Of a DNA stretch of 64,000 nucleotides, positions 26,406 through 35,657 are shown in pieces (position 1 is the first letter of the stretch; every line of letters begins with the position of its first letter). Both the position numbers and the translations under genes were made by a program. The notes beneath the pieces were generated by a model, which saw only the letters and a list, made by a program, of their open reading frames with translations, had not been told where the DNA came from and did not search any database. This DNA is from Bacteroidia bacterium (GTDB taxonomy: Bacteria; Bacteroidota; Bacteroidia; UBA8524). The stretch spans positions 29,835 to 93,834 of the forward strand of contig CAXPEB010000047.1 of the NCBI GenBank assembly GCA_964215915.1. The letters are read 5' to 3'.

Positions 26406-26571
26406 CCCGCAGAATACGCAGAGATGCTGTAGTGTTTGCTCAGAAACCGCTTCTTCCGAACTGATATCAGCGAGATCTGCGAAGCTCTCTTTTGCGCAGA
26501 ATACGCAGACCTACAATGGAAAGAAGCCACTTAGTTGACCGTGGCTCTTGACTCCGCGAGTTCTGCGGGAA
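26406..26571. repeat. Three copies of a ~16-19-bp motif built from CGCAGA half-sites, the third inverted
   Basis: Copy 1 (26406-26422) is CCCGCAGAATACGCAGA. Copy 2 (26494-26509) is GCGCAGAATACGCAGA. Copy 3 (26554-26571) reads TTCCCGCAGAACTCGCGGA on the minus strand. They lie 120-290 bp upstream of the HTH-pentapeptide gene start. Confidence 0.5.
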
Positions 26572-26634
26572 ACAAAATAAATCGATATACAAAAGTACCG
26601 AACAACTAGAACCCGGCACCCAAAACCGAGTACC

Positions 26635-26943
26635 TTATGAAAACTTGCAAGTGTCACAGAAATCAATGTGATGAGGTTGTCCCTCCGTATCTATAGATGT
26701 CACCGCTCCGGTGTCCACGATTATATCTTCACCGATATGCCTTTTATAGTTGGGGTCTGCAAGCATTTCCTTAGCATAGAAATGGCTTCTGCCTTCTGTG
26801 GTTCTGGACAACGCAGGGGGATTAATTCCGTATGGATATTCCACATCAAGTAGTTCGGGGAATAAAGCTCCTTTCTTAACCAGAGCGTCAAATTCCACCC
26901 AGAGTTCATTTTGCAACGTATACAGTTTATCCTGATAGCTCAT
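26635..26943 (-). CDS. Hypothetical small protein
   Basis: 102-aa ORF ending in CDTCKFS. No family recognised. Coding status uncertain. Confidence 0.4.
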   Translation of the reverse strand: MSYQDKLYTLQNELWVEFDALVKKGALFPELLDVEYPYGINPPALSRTTEGRSHFYAKEMLADPNYKRHIGEDIIVDTGAVTSIDTEGQPHHIDFCDTCKFS

Positions 26944-27193
26944 AAATTATCTAAAAGCAGTTTGCTTCGGAAGCGTGCCGATGCATCGTCGGAAATCCCC
27001 AAAACAAGTTACATAAGTATAGGTTGAGTTATCGGCTTAGCAGTTAATTCACCTCCTTTATCCATTCAGCTGCTCAAAGGCATAGAGGAAGGACAAAAAA
27101 AGCCGCCTAACCTTCCTCCTGGAGGAAAGTCAAGCAGCTTCTTGTTGGGTAATGTTTCGGTGAGGTTATTCCGGATGTATCCTCTTTCCGCTT

Positions 27194-30100
27194 TTATGGA
27201 GAAAGTACGATACGCCGGTTATGATAAAGCCCATTGCTGTGTACATGCACCAGGTAAACACCGGGACTCAGGTCGGATACTTTCACACGTACCTTTCTAT
27301 CACTGAGGGACTCCGTACGAATAGCCACGGCTTTGCCGGTCATGTCGGTCAGCTCCAAGGAGAAGTCACTTGCGAAAGGCTCGTCCATTTCCACCGTAAA
27401 GGTGTTTACTGCCGGATTCGGGTACATCCGAAAGCCATTCATTTCTCCGACTACCGATACGGATGTGGTACTGTCATCCGGTGCACGCTTCAGCTGGGGT
27501 CCGGGCCATCCATCAATAAAGGCAGGAACTCCGTTTGTCTCTTCATAGAAACAGGTGCTGGTAAAAGAAGGATGAACGGAACCCGACAACTGGCTCTGGG
27601 TCCAATGCGGAAAGGTAGAGACCCACAAGTCGCTGGAAATTCCGGGATCCCAATAGTTACCCGAGGCTTTTACGGCATAAGGTGTGGGAGCAACACCGGT
27701 ATAGAAGGAGCACATGCCCCCGCCACAGTTATCCGGCATTACACCGGTCATAAACAGGTTGGATGCATAGATCCCCGTATTCCGGAACACATTGTCGCCA
27801 TCCTCCAGGTAAGGCTGTGTTTCATAGAGGTTGATTGCCGTACCGTTATTGAAAAAGGCACAGTTACCTCCGTAATTCCCATTGGGGGCATAAGCCGTGC
27901 TCAGGTTCAGGCGGCCGGATCCATGGAAATCCAAACCTGTCAATTCATTGTAGGAAAAGAGGCAACAGGCCGCCGTAAGGTCAATGCTGTTTGCAGTCTG
28001 CTCGGATAAGATGCCGGTCTCGTTATTGGTAAAGCTTACTTCCTCCAGGTAGGTCTCCACCGGGGATGCATTGGAAATAATGATCCCGAAATCGTTGTTG
28101 GAGAAACCGGCCTGGCGAATTTCCGAATTCTGATTTTGCAGGGTGCTCCACCACCCGACGCTATTACCGGTAAAGGTGCAGTTGTAAAGTCCGAGCCCGC
28201 CATAATCGCTGGACAAGCCGATGTAGTTATTTTTAAAGGAGCAATAAGAGAGGGAAGGCTTCGACACAAAGGTGCTCATGTCCATATCGATGCCTTTGTC
28301 CAGATCTCTGAAAGAGCACTGGAAAATATTAGCCAGGTGGGGTTTGGGCAACCACAGCCCGGTATTCGTCGAGCGGCTTACCAGTCCGACAAAATAGGTA
28401 TACTGGAAGTCTGATGTCACAGATACCCTGAGCCTGGAACCGGATCCCACTGCTACCATACCGCCCACGATGTTGAATTCAGCCAGGTAGTCGGTAGCCG
28501 AAAGGGTATTATCGGGTGTACTGAGTGTTCCATTAATAACTTCCAGCACCTTATCCATAAGTAAGCCGGGAATATTGTTCCCGCTCAGGCTGATCTTTCC
28601 GTTAGTGCCCTGGGAGAAAATTCCGGCATTGGGGTCACTCATATCAAAACGGATGAACCCGCCGGTAAACCCGGGGCTCTTGGTAAAGGTGAAGGTAGCT
28701 CCGTTCATGATCTGCAACTCTCCGTGTATCTCCAGCACGGCATTCTCGCCATCCAGGTAGATGCTTGCTCCCGGATGGAAAACCAACCTGGAACTGGCAT
28801 CTATAACCACCTTGCTGTTGTCAGCAATGCGCAGCACGCCTCCATTGCGGATCTCCAGTTTCGCATTGTCGGTGATCAGCAGTTCTCCGGTATTCTGGCT
28901 GGAATTATCTCCTACCTGTAGCAGGCCATCCGACTGTATTTCCACCCCAATGACCGGATAACAGGTAGAGCCACTGGTATAAACTTCGAAATGCGATCCC
29001 GGAACGGGTGCCGGATTATTTCCGTTGGGCGTATTTCCCAGGCTCATGTTGGCATTGATCCCCAGCACTCCTCCTGTCCGGATTTTTATGAAATTGATCC
29101 TTTTCGGAGTACCCTGCCCCATGTTATAGGTATGATTGATTAACTCCACGGAGCCACTGGTATAGGTGAGCAAAGCATCCGGGAGGTCTGCAAAGGATTC
29201 TTTAAAAAACACCTGGTTCAGCGGGGTCCAGTCGGTATGGTAGGTATTGACCGGCACGATATTCCCCGAGCCGTCGTCTTCTTCCTGCCACTGGAAATCA
29301 TCCATATAACTTTCACCGTTCGACCAGGTCTTGGTCAGGTCATCCCAGTTGGAAAGGATCGGGTAGTTCAGGTTGTTTCGGTAGGGAGATTTCAGCGCAC
29401 AGGAACTCACACTTGGAATAAAGCAGATAGCATCCTGGTGGAGCGTAACATTGACAGAAACAAAGGGAAGGCTTGGGATATAGTCGTTCGGGTCCGGGAA
29501 GACAATATCACCCCCGGGAGCGTTATCCAGGGAGGCGGTTCCGTTCACGCGGTTTCGCTTGTAACTTAAAATGGCCGTTCCAACCCCGGCTGCTCCCGGA
29601 ACTCCCACGAAGGAAAAATTCACTACCGTTCCCTGGTAGATAAGCCGGGTACCCTGTGATGGATCCGGAACGGTATTCAATTCAAGGTTGGAGTACAACC
29701 CGGCAAATAAAATGGCATTGGCTCCCGGAATAAACAGATAGTCGCCCACAAAACCCCAGGCCTCGATATCGGCCAAATTAGAATTAGGGGCATAGGGTTG
29801 TCCGGTTCCCCCGTCACAGGCCCCGTTGCTCAGCGCATAATTCCGGATTTGTATCCCCCTGGAACTGACTTGCGACGGAAATTCTCCCATAGCACTCAAC
29901 TCATTATTCAGGGTAATCCGCTCTGCCGACTCTCCAATACCCGAACCCGACTGCAACGAAGAAAGTATCAATTGCTGCGTAGCCGGCGCCAAAGCAGCAT
30001 CTTCCACCACCCCGATCTTTGAGCTGAGATTCTTCATTGGAATATTCTGAATGATAACATAGGGCCCTACATAGAGGTAGAAATACACATTGATATTGGC

Positions 30101-31429
30101 TATATGGTCAACTGCCGACTGTGCCGCCAGCGGCAGATTGGCTCCGTAATGCGGGGCATCCAGGCTGTAGAATTTTTCGACATCATGCATATGGCCTCCC
30201 GACTCCATCTCCAGCAGGGCATACCGCCCTACAACACCACCCATGCTGATTCCCAGCATCACATTGGGCTCGTCACTGCCGTTTTGTGCTTTCATGTCAT
30301 TGACCATTTTAATGACCGTTTCAACCACACGGGCATTACGTTGAATAAAGTCTGATCCATCCTCGTATTCCACATAAACCAAATCATAGCCATGATTCTC
30401 CAGTGCATAATAGAAGGAGGGATGATCGGCAAGCAAATCGGAACGGAAGCTCTCAAAGTCATTTTCAGGGTCTTCATCAAAAGCTTCCGCGAGTATCGGA
30501 AAGGATATGCCCGGAACAATGATCAGCGGCTTTCTCAGTTTACCATCCCCACAGCCAAAACGGAAGGTTACCAAAGCCTTGCCTTTCACCCCCTGGTAAG
30601 GGGTCTCGGCTTCTACCTCCTGGCTAAAACCGTCTGTGGGACTTGACCAGGTGTATTTGTTCCTTTTGTTTTTGAAAGTGGTGTTGCCATGAACCTGGTT
30701 ACCGGAAGAGGTGGTTACCCGGATCCGGATATTTTTCCATCCATATACGGTATAAACAACCGGTACCGGAATGTCGAAGACGATATTGCGCCAACCTTGC
30801 CCATCGTCAAAATCGATCTCTACCTGATCTATCCCATCGATATGACTTTCATGAAACAAGTCGCTGGCCAGGACAAAGTTCACGGTTCCCGACCAGGAAG
30901 ATTTCCTCAGCGGGGCAGCAAAGAAGCAGGACTGTTTGATGAACGGGCTGGCCATACCGGTCTGAACCAGGTACTGTCCCGACTGATCCGTGGTTAACAG
31001 CCCTTGTGTAAAAGCGTTGGGGTTTATGCGGTCATATTCCCAATGGATGATGCCGATAGGAATATTTCCTGCGGCAAGGTGCGCTGCTACCCGGGTTTCC
31101 ACACTGTCCCAGGGGTCCAGCAGTCCGGTATCCCGGGTCTGACAGGTAAGGAAGGTGTGGTAGATGTCCTGCCAATCATAACGGTCTGCCGCAGGGCTGC
31201 CTGAGGTTGGCCCGTAAACGGAAGGGTCAACACGGTTCAGCGTCCGTTCCAACAAATAATTGGTCTCCATCTGATTGAGGTTGACCTGTTCAAGTAGTGA
31301 ATCGTTTCGTTGCCACCAGGGAGTCAGGGAATCCGACTCCACAAAAAGCTGGGCAACTCCGGCCTTGCCGATCAACAGTACCGTACTGCAGATAATAAGG
31401 CGTAGCATGTAGTGTTTTAATGATACCAT
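27194..31429 (-). CDS. Very large T9SS cargo protein: N-terminal lipase-like alpha/beta-hydrolase module, parallel beta-helix-like repeats, type-A T9SS CTD
   Basis: 1411 aa with a signal peptide. A GxSxG lipase elbow (LGISMGGVVGRYAL) lies in the N-terminal third. Long Gly/Asn/Ser-rich repeats in the middle look like a right-handed beta-helix. The C-terminus FRMYPNPAVNTFTVEM...GVYLVHVHS fits a T9SS CTD. Confidence 0.8.
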   Translation of the reverse strand: MVSLKHYMLRLIICSTVLLIGKAGVAQLFVESDSLTPWWQRNDSLLEQVNLNQMETNYLLERTLNRVDPSVYGPTSGSPAADRYDWQDIYHTFLTCQTRDTGLLDPWDSVETRVAAHLAAGNIPIGIIHWEYDRINPNAFTQGLLTTDQSGQYLVQTGMASPFIKQSCFFAAPLRKSSWSGTVNFVLASDLFHESHIDGIDQVEIDFDDGQGWRNIVFDIPVPVVYTVYGWKNIRIRVTTSSGNQVHGNTTFKNKRNKYTWSSPTDGFSQEVEAETPYQGVKGKALVTFRFGCGDGKLRKPLIIVPGISFPILAEAFDEDPENDFESFRSDLLADHPSFYYALENHGYDLVYVEYEDGSDFIQRNARVVETVIKMVNDMKAQNGSDEPNVMLGISMGGVVGRYALLEMESGGHMHDVEKFYSLDAPHYGANLPLAAQSAVDHIANINVYFYLYVGPYVIIQNIPMKNLSSKIGVVEDAALAPATQQLILSSLQSGSGIGESAERITLNNELSAMGEFPSQVSSRGIQIRNYALSNGACDGGTGQPYAPNSNLADIEAWGFVGDYLFIPGANAILFAGLYSNLELNTVPDPSQGTRLIYQGTVVNFSFVGVPGAAGVGTAILSYKRNRVNGTASLDNAPGGDIVFPDPNDYIPSLPFVSVNVTLHQDAICFIPSVSSCALKSPYRNNLNYPILSNWDDLTKTWSNGESYMDDFQWQEEDDGSGNIVPVNTYHTDWTPLNQVFFKESFADLPDALLTYTSGSVELINHTYNMGQGTPKRINFIKIRTGGVLGINANMSLGNTPNGNNPAPVPGSHFEVYTSGSTCYPVIGVEIQSDGLLQVGDNSSQNTGELLITDNAKLEIRNGGVLRIADNSKVVIDASSRLVFHPGASIYLDGENAVLEIHGELQIMNGATFTFTKSPGFTGGFIRFDMSDPNAGIFSQGTNGKISLSGNNIPGLLMDKVLEVINGTLSTPDNTLSATDYLAEFNIVGGMVAVGSGSRLRVSVTSDFQYTYFVGLVSRSTNTGLWLPKPHLANIFQCSFRDLDKGIDMDMSTFVSKPSLSYCSFKNNYIGLSSDYGGLGLYNCTFTGNSVGWWSTLQNQNSEIRQAGFSNNDFGIIISNASPVETYLEEVSFTNNETGILSEQTANSIDLTAACCLFSYNELTGLDFHGSGRLNLSTAYAPNGNYGGNCAFFNNGTAINLYETQPYLEDGDNVFRNTGIYASNLFMTGVMPDNCGGGMCSFYTGVAPTPYAVKASGNYWDPGISSDLWVSTFPHWTQSQLSGSVHPSFTSTCFYEETNGVPAFIDGWPGPQLKRAPDDSTTSVSVVGEMNGFRMYPNPAVNTFTVEMDEPFASDFSLELTDMTGKAVAIRTESLSDRKVRVKVSDLSPGVYLVHVHSNGLYHNRRIVLSP

Positions 31430-31888
31430 AATTTTCAGGTTGTTAAATGAAACCAGCGGTGTCTGCGGTGAATGCGCTCTTTGGCAGCAGTTCCCTCAGG
31501 ACAACGGAGGCGAATACGTATTGAAAGTTATCCGCTTAAGTGAGGGGCGGAACATCCCATTTCGCAAGTGTGCGGAACAATGGGATTACCGTGTCAATTG
31601 ATCGAAGAACCGTGCTATGGGTTCCAAATGCAGGGTTTATTGAGGTCAGGAAAGAAGGTTCCGTATCGAAGAAGCAAGCCGTTAACGACCCGATTTTTTA
31701 TGTATGGAAGACTTCCCAAAACGCATCAGGCGTTAAACCCATACTCCCCTGCCCAACCTATTATGTCTGTATGCCGTATATCGGAATACTTCCCCTACAT
31801 CGGAGTGCGGCATATAATTTGACTTCACCCTACCGCATCCGCTTTAGCGGATTTTACCTATACCCGAACAACCTGAACCCCCAGGCTT

Positions 31889-34855
31889 TTGAGTGCCCGG
31901 ACTCCATACCAACCCTTACTTCGTACCGCCCTTTTCTGGGCATTCCTTCTTTCTATGCTCGGTGCGGTAAATGCACAAAAGGAAAATAACATCTGGTATT
32001 TCGGAGAAGGAGTAGGACTGAATTTCAATCATACTCCTCCGCTCCCACTTACTTCCGGTGTTCAAAAGGCCTATGAAGGCTGTGCTTCCGTGAGTGATGC
32101 CGATGGGAGGCCCCTCTTTTATACCGATGGGCTGAAGGTATACGACCGGTATAATGGCCTGATGATTAACGGCGACAGCCTTAAAAGCGGCTTCTCGTCC
32201 ACCCAATCGGCACTTATCCTGAAAAAGCCGGGAAGCTCACATCTCTATTATCTTTTTTCTTCCGGATGCAATTCTTCCGGGTCTCCCTCACAGGATATTT
32301 ATGGGTTCCATTATAGTGTGGTAGATATTTCAAAAAATGGAGGAAGAGGTGAAGTCATCCAAAAAAACATCCCCTTGCTGCAGGACACCTCTTTCGAGAA
32401 ACTGGTGGCGGTAAAGGATGCATTCGGTTGCGGTTTCTGGGTAATTACCCACGACACCCGTATCGGTACTTTTTTCTCTTTCCACGTTACGGAAGCAGGG
32501 GTAGATCCGGTACCGGTACGTTCCAAAACCGGTTACGTCAGTACCGTACTTAGCGGAGGCAGCACCGGGTACATGAAAGCCTCCCCCGATGGCACCCGAA
32601 TCGCTACGGCCTATTATTTTTACCACCGCCTGGAGCTTTTCGACTTCAACCGGGAAACGGGGCAAGTCTCCAACTGTCTGTTACTGGACAGCACCTTCGA
32701 CTATATTTACTATGGTCTCAGCTTTTCCCCAAACAGTCGTTACCTGTACGCTACCGCACCCCTGATCAACCGACCTGATCTCTATTCCGAGTTATTCCAG
32801 TATGAGGTAGCGCTCGCCGATCCTTCCGCCATCATTGCTTCCAGGATGCTCATCCATAAAAAAGATTCTACATCCTCTTTTTCTTATTGTGCTCTGCAGC
32901 TGGGACCGGATGGGAAGATCTACCTCTGCCAGCTATCGTACGGGTCACCGAGTTATTCCCTGTTGGGGGTCATAGAAAATCCGGACCGGAAAGGATTGGA
33001 CTGCGGGTTTGTGGACTCCGGTGTAGTCATTAACAAGGTATCAAGAAAAAGAACTTCCTACGGCTTGCCGAACATGGTGGATAACCCCGCTCCCTTTAGC
33101 CTGGAGTTTGACCTGGAAGATGTTTCCCTTTGCGGATCGGAACCGGCTGTACTGGATGCCAGTCACCTGAAAGGCCATTTTCTTTGGAGTACCGGTGATA
33201 CGTCCAAAATTATTAAAGTCAGCAATCCCGGCACCTACACACTCTCCCTTTCCAACCATTGCGGTACTTATACGGATACGGTAAAGGTTATCGACGGAGG
33301 CAGCCATGCTCCTCCCCTGCTGTCCCTGGGGCCGGATACAACACTATGCGGACCTTTTTCCCTCCTTCTGGACGGAGGCAGTAACAGAAAGCGATACCGA
33401 TGGAGTACCGGTGATGTATCGGAAACGCTTCACGTCAGTGAGCCCGGACTCTACACGCTGACGGTAACCGACACCAACAACTGCACGGCCCATGACACCC
33501 TAAAAATCCGGCAGCTGAAGACTCCCGTAGTCCAGGCCACAATTGATACCACCGTATGCCCCTTCGTCAGGCTGAGCATCACAAACCCTGACCCGGATGC
33601 AGGTTACATGTGGAACTCAGGGGATACCGGACTCATTCTGAATGTAACCGAAACCGGTCGCTATACGGCTACCCTGAAAAGTCCCTGGTGTACAGACTCC
33701 GGCTTTGTGAATGTGGATACCATCCCCCCACCCTCCGAACTGGTTTTTGACCTGGGAAAAGACACCCTGCTATGCAGCGGCTGGAGCTATACCCTAATGG
33801 GCGCAAGGGATATACAGGAAAAACTGCTGTGGAATACCGGAGACACCTCCACTACGCTGACCGTGAATACCGCCGGACTATATATTCTTACGGCCAGCTC
33901 CTCCTGTGGCTCTTACAGCGATTCGGTGAGGATCTCCTACGGCACTCCCTTCAAGGTGTATTTGGGTAATGACACGGCTTTCTGCGGCCCATTCCGTCAC
34001 CTGCTGGACGCAGGAAAGGGGGCCTCACAATACCTCTGGAATACGGGAGATACTACCGTTTCTATTCTGGCTGATTACCCGGACCTGTATGCCGTTGCCG
34101 TTATTGACAGCAACTCCTGTAAAACCGGAGACACCATTAACATCGGACAACTCAACACCCCTCTGGTTGCAATAGAAATGGACGAACTTACCTGTCACTA
34201 TGTACTGTTGAGCATTCCCGGGCAGGACAGTACCGTGAGTTGCACCTGGAGCACCGGCGACACAACCCTGAATATCCGGGTTACCGAAACCGGCACCTAT
34301 TCCGTGACCCTGCGTAACCGGTTCTGCAGCCTCACCACCTCTTTCGAGGTCCCGAAACTTCCTATGCCTATTGTGGACCTTGGACCGGATACCAGCATTT
34401 GCGAAGGAGAACCAATCACCCTGGATGCCGGAGACGATGGTGAAGATTATCTCTGGAATACCGGAGACACTACACAGGAAATTTCCGTGTTTCGCGAAGG
34501 CTGGTACAGCGTGATCATTACCCGAAATAACTGCAGCAACGCCGACAGTGTATGGGTTGGCCCCATTTGCGATATGTGGTACTTCATCCCGAATGCCTTC
34601 ACCCCTGGCGACGATGTTCACAACGACGTCTTTTCGGTAAACGGGCAATACCTGAAGCAGGTGGATATGCAGATCTATAACCGATGGGGACAACTCATCT
34701 ATTCGGACTCAGGGCGCAACCCCTCCTGGAACGGCACACACAATGCCGCCCCCTGTCCGGATGGTGTATACCTCTACCGGATTTCAGTAAAAGGATACAA
34801 AAACGGAAGACTTCTTAAAGAATACCGGCACGGCACGGTAACGTTGCTGAGATAA
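31889..34855 (+). CDS. Gliding-motility-associated C-terminal domain (CHU_C, type-B T9SS CTD) cell-surface protein with repeated Ig-like/PKD-like modules
   Basis: 988 aa with a signal peptide. Repeats contain C...W.TGD(T/V)S..L.V...G.Y.(L/V)T and CGS/CTD-type motifs. The C-terminus WYFIPNAFTPGDDVHNDVF...YNRWGQLIY...WNG is the CHU_C signature. Confidence 0.8.
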   Translation: MSARTPYQPLLRTALFWAFLLSMLGAVNAQKENNIWYFGEGVGLNFNHTPPLPLTSGVQKAYEGCASVSDADGRPLFYTDGLKVYDRYNGLMINGDSLKSGFSSTQSALILKKPGSSHLYYLFSSGCNSSGSPSQDIYGFHYSVVDISKNGGRGEVIQKNIPLLQDTSFEKLVAVKDAFGCGFWVITHDTRIGTFFSFHVTEAGVDPVPVRSKTGYVSTVLSGGSTGYMKASPDGTRIATAYYFYHRLELFDFNRETGQVSNCLLLDSTFDYIYYGLSFSPNSRYLYATAPLINRPDLYSELFQYEVALADPSAIIASRMLIHKKDSTSSFSYCALQLGPDGKIYLCQLSYGSPSYSLLGVIENPDRKGLDCGFVDSGVVINKVSRKRTSYGLPNMVDNPAPFSLEFDLEDVSLCGSEPAVLDASHLKGHFLWSTGDTSKIIKVSNPGTYTLSLSNHCGTYTDTVKVIDGGSHAPPLLSLGPDTTLCGPFSLLLDGGSNRKRYRWSTGDVSETLHVSEPGLYTLTVTDTNNCTAHDTLKIRQLKTPVVQATIDTTVCPFVRLSITNPDPDAGYMWNSGDTGLILNVTETGRYTATLKSPWCTDSGFVNVDTIPPPSELVFDLGKDTLLCSGWSYTLMGARDIQEKLLWNTGDTSTTLTVNTAGLYILTASSSCGSYSDSVRISYGTPFKVYLGNDTAFCGPFRHLLDAGKGASQYLWNTGDTTVSILADYPDLYAVAVIDSNSCKTGDTINIGQLNTPLVAIEMDELTCHYVLLSIPGQDSTVSCTWSTGDTTLNIRVTETGTYSVTLRNRFCSLTTSFEVPKLPMPIVDLGPDTSICEGEPITLDAGDDGEDYLWNTGDTTQEISVFREGWYSVIITRNNCSNADSVWVGPICDMWYFIPNAFTPGDDVHNDVFSVNGQYLKQVDMQIYNRWGQLIYSDSGRNPSWNGTHNAAPCPDGVYLYRISVKGYKNGRLLKEYRHGTVTLLR

Positions 34856-34905
34856 CCCGAAACAAGATTCGCTTGCATTCGGGGATCAAGCCTGCCGAAA
34901 ACCGG

Positions 34906-35442
34906 TTATTGACACTTGATTCCTTCGCTGGTCGGGCGGGTTAGCCCTTCTCCCTCTTTGTATTGATCCGGGAAAGTACAGCTGCTGCAATTGGTAATAA
35001 CCACATCGCCACTCAAGAGGCTGGCCTTTCCTGAAAAGGGGAAAGTATCCTGGGAACTGGGATCGGGTACGATGGTAACGGCAAAGCCGTCAAAGTCAAA
35101 TTCCCCTGAAGAAGCTTTGGTGCTATCTGTACCCAAACCATCCCACTGTGGGTTTAGCTCATCGCTTTCCCAAACAAGGTTACCGTTTCGCAGGATGCGG
35201 AGGTTACGGACTTCCAGTTTTTCTCCGATCACCAGGAAGCGATCATTCAACCCATCGCCATCCGGGGTAAAAGCGGTTGGATTATACAACTTCAGGGAAT
35301 CTCCCATCAGCGACTCATTTGTTATGGTAAAAGGGGCCGATGCACAGGACTGCGTCACCGTATTATCTTCTTCTCCCTTTTTGCAGGCTGCCGCCAGCAG
35401 CAGGCAAACGGATATTCCAATCAGGTTCAGGCTTATTTTCAT
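34906..35442 (-). CDS. Small lipoprotein containing a CHU_C-like segment
   Basis: 178 aa with a lipobox (LLAAAC) and an internal segment YNPTAFTPDGDGLNDRFLVIGEKLEVRNLRILRNGNLVWESDELNPQWDG that resembles the gliding-associated C-terminal domain. Confidence 0.6.
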   Translation of the reverse strand: MKISLNLIGISVCLLLAAACKKGEEDNTVTQSCASAPFTITNESLMGDSLKLYNPTAFTPDGDGLNDRFLVIGEKLEVRNLRILRNGNLVWESDELNPQWDGLGTDSTKASSGEFDFDGFAVTIVPDPSSQDTFPFSGKASLLSGDVVITNCSSCTFPDQYKEGEGLTRPTSEGIKCQ

Positions 35443-35571
35443 GGTTTCAGTATTGCTGTATAAATGTATAGACCATTTCGTAAGTAATTCGTTGCCTGTG
35501 AATATAAGTAATCGCTTGCCGGTTTCCGTATTACGGGGTTAACTCCGGGTACCTACAAGGCATTGCAGGGC

Positions 35572-35603
35572 ATAAAAAAAACCGGCAGGAAATCCTGCCG
35601 GCA
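35572..35603 (-). terminator. Rho-independent terminator for the 35658..37472 gene
   Basis: On the minus strand, the hairpin CCGGCAGG-ATTT-CCTGCCGG is followed by TTTTTTTT. A second hairpin GGAACCCCT...AGGGGTTCC sits just before it at 35611-35636. Confidence 0.7.
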
Positions 35604-35657
35604 CTAAATCGGAACCCCTGTTGGACAAGGGTTCCGTTATCCGAATCTTAGGATCCG

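Noticed and set aside
34025-34693. 222-aa ORF antisense to the CHU_C gene, and similar antisense ORFs (38983..39720, 39991..40584, 53656..54726, 54954..55529, 59668..60255, 27221..28009, 42236..42994)
   Set aside because: All lie within strongly supported large genes on the opposite strand. Their translated sequences are low-complexity, Gly/Arg/Val-rich and typical of antisense frames.
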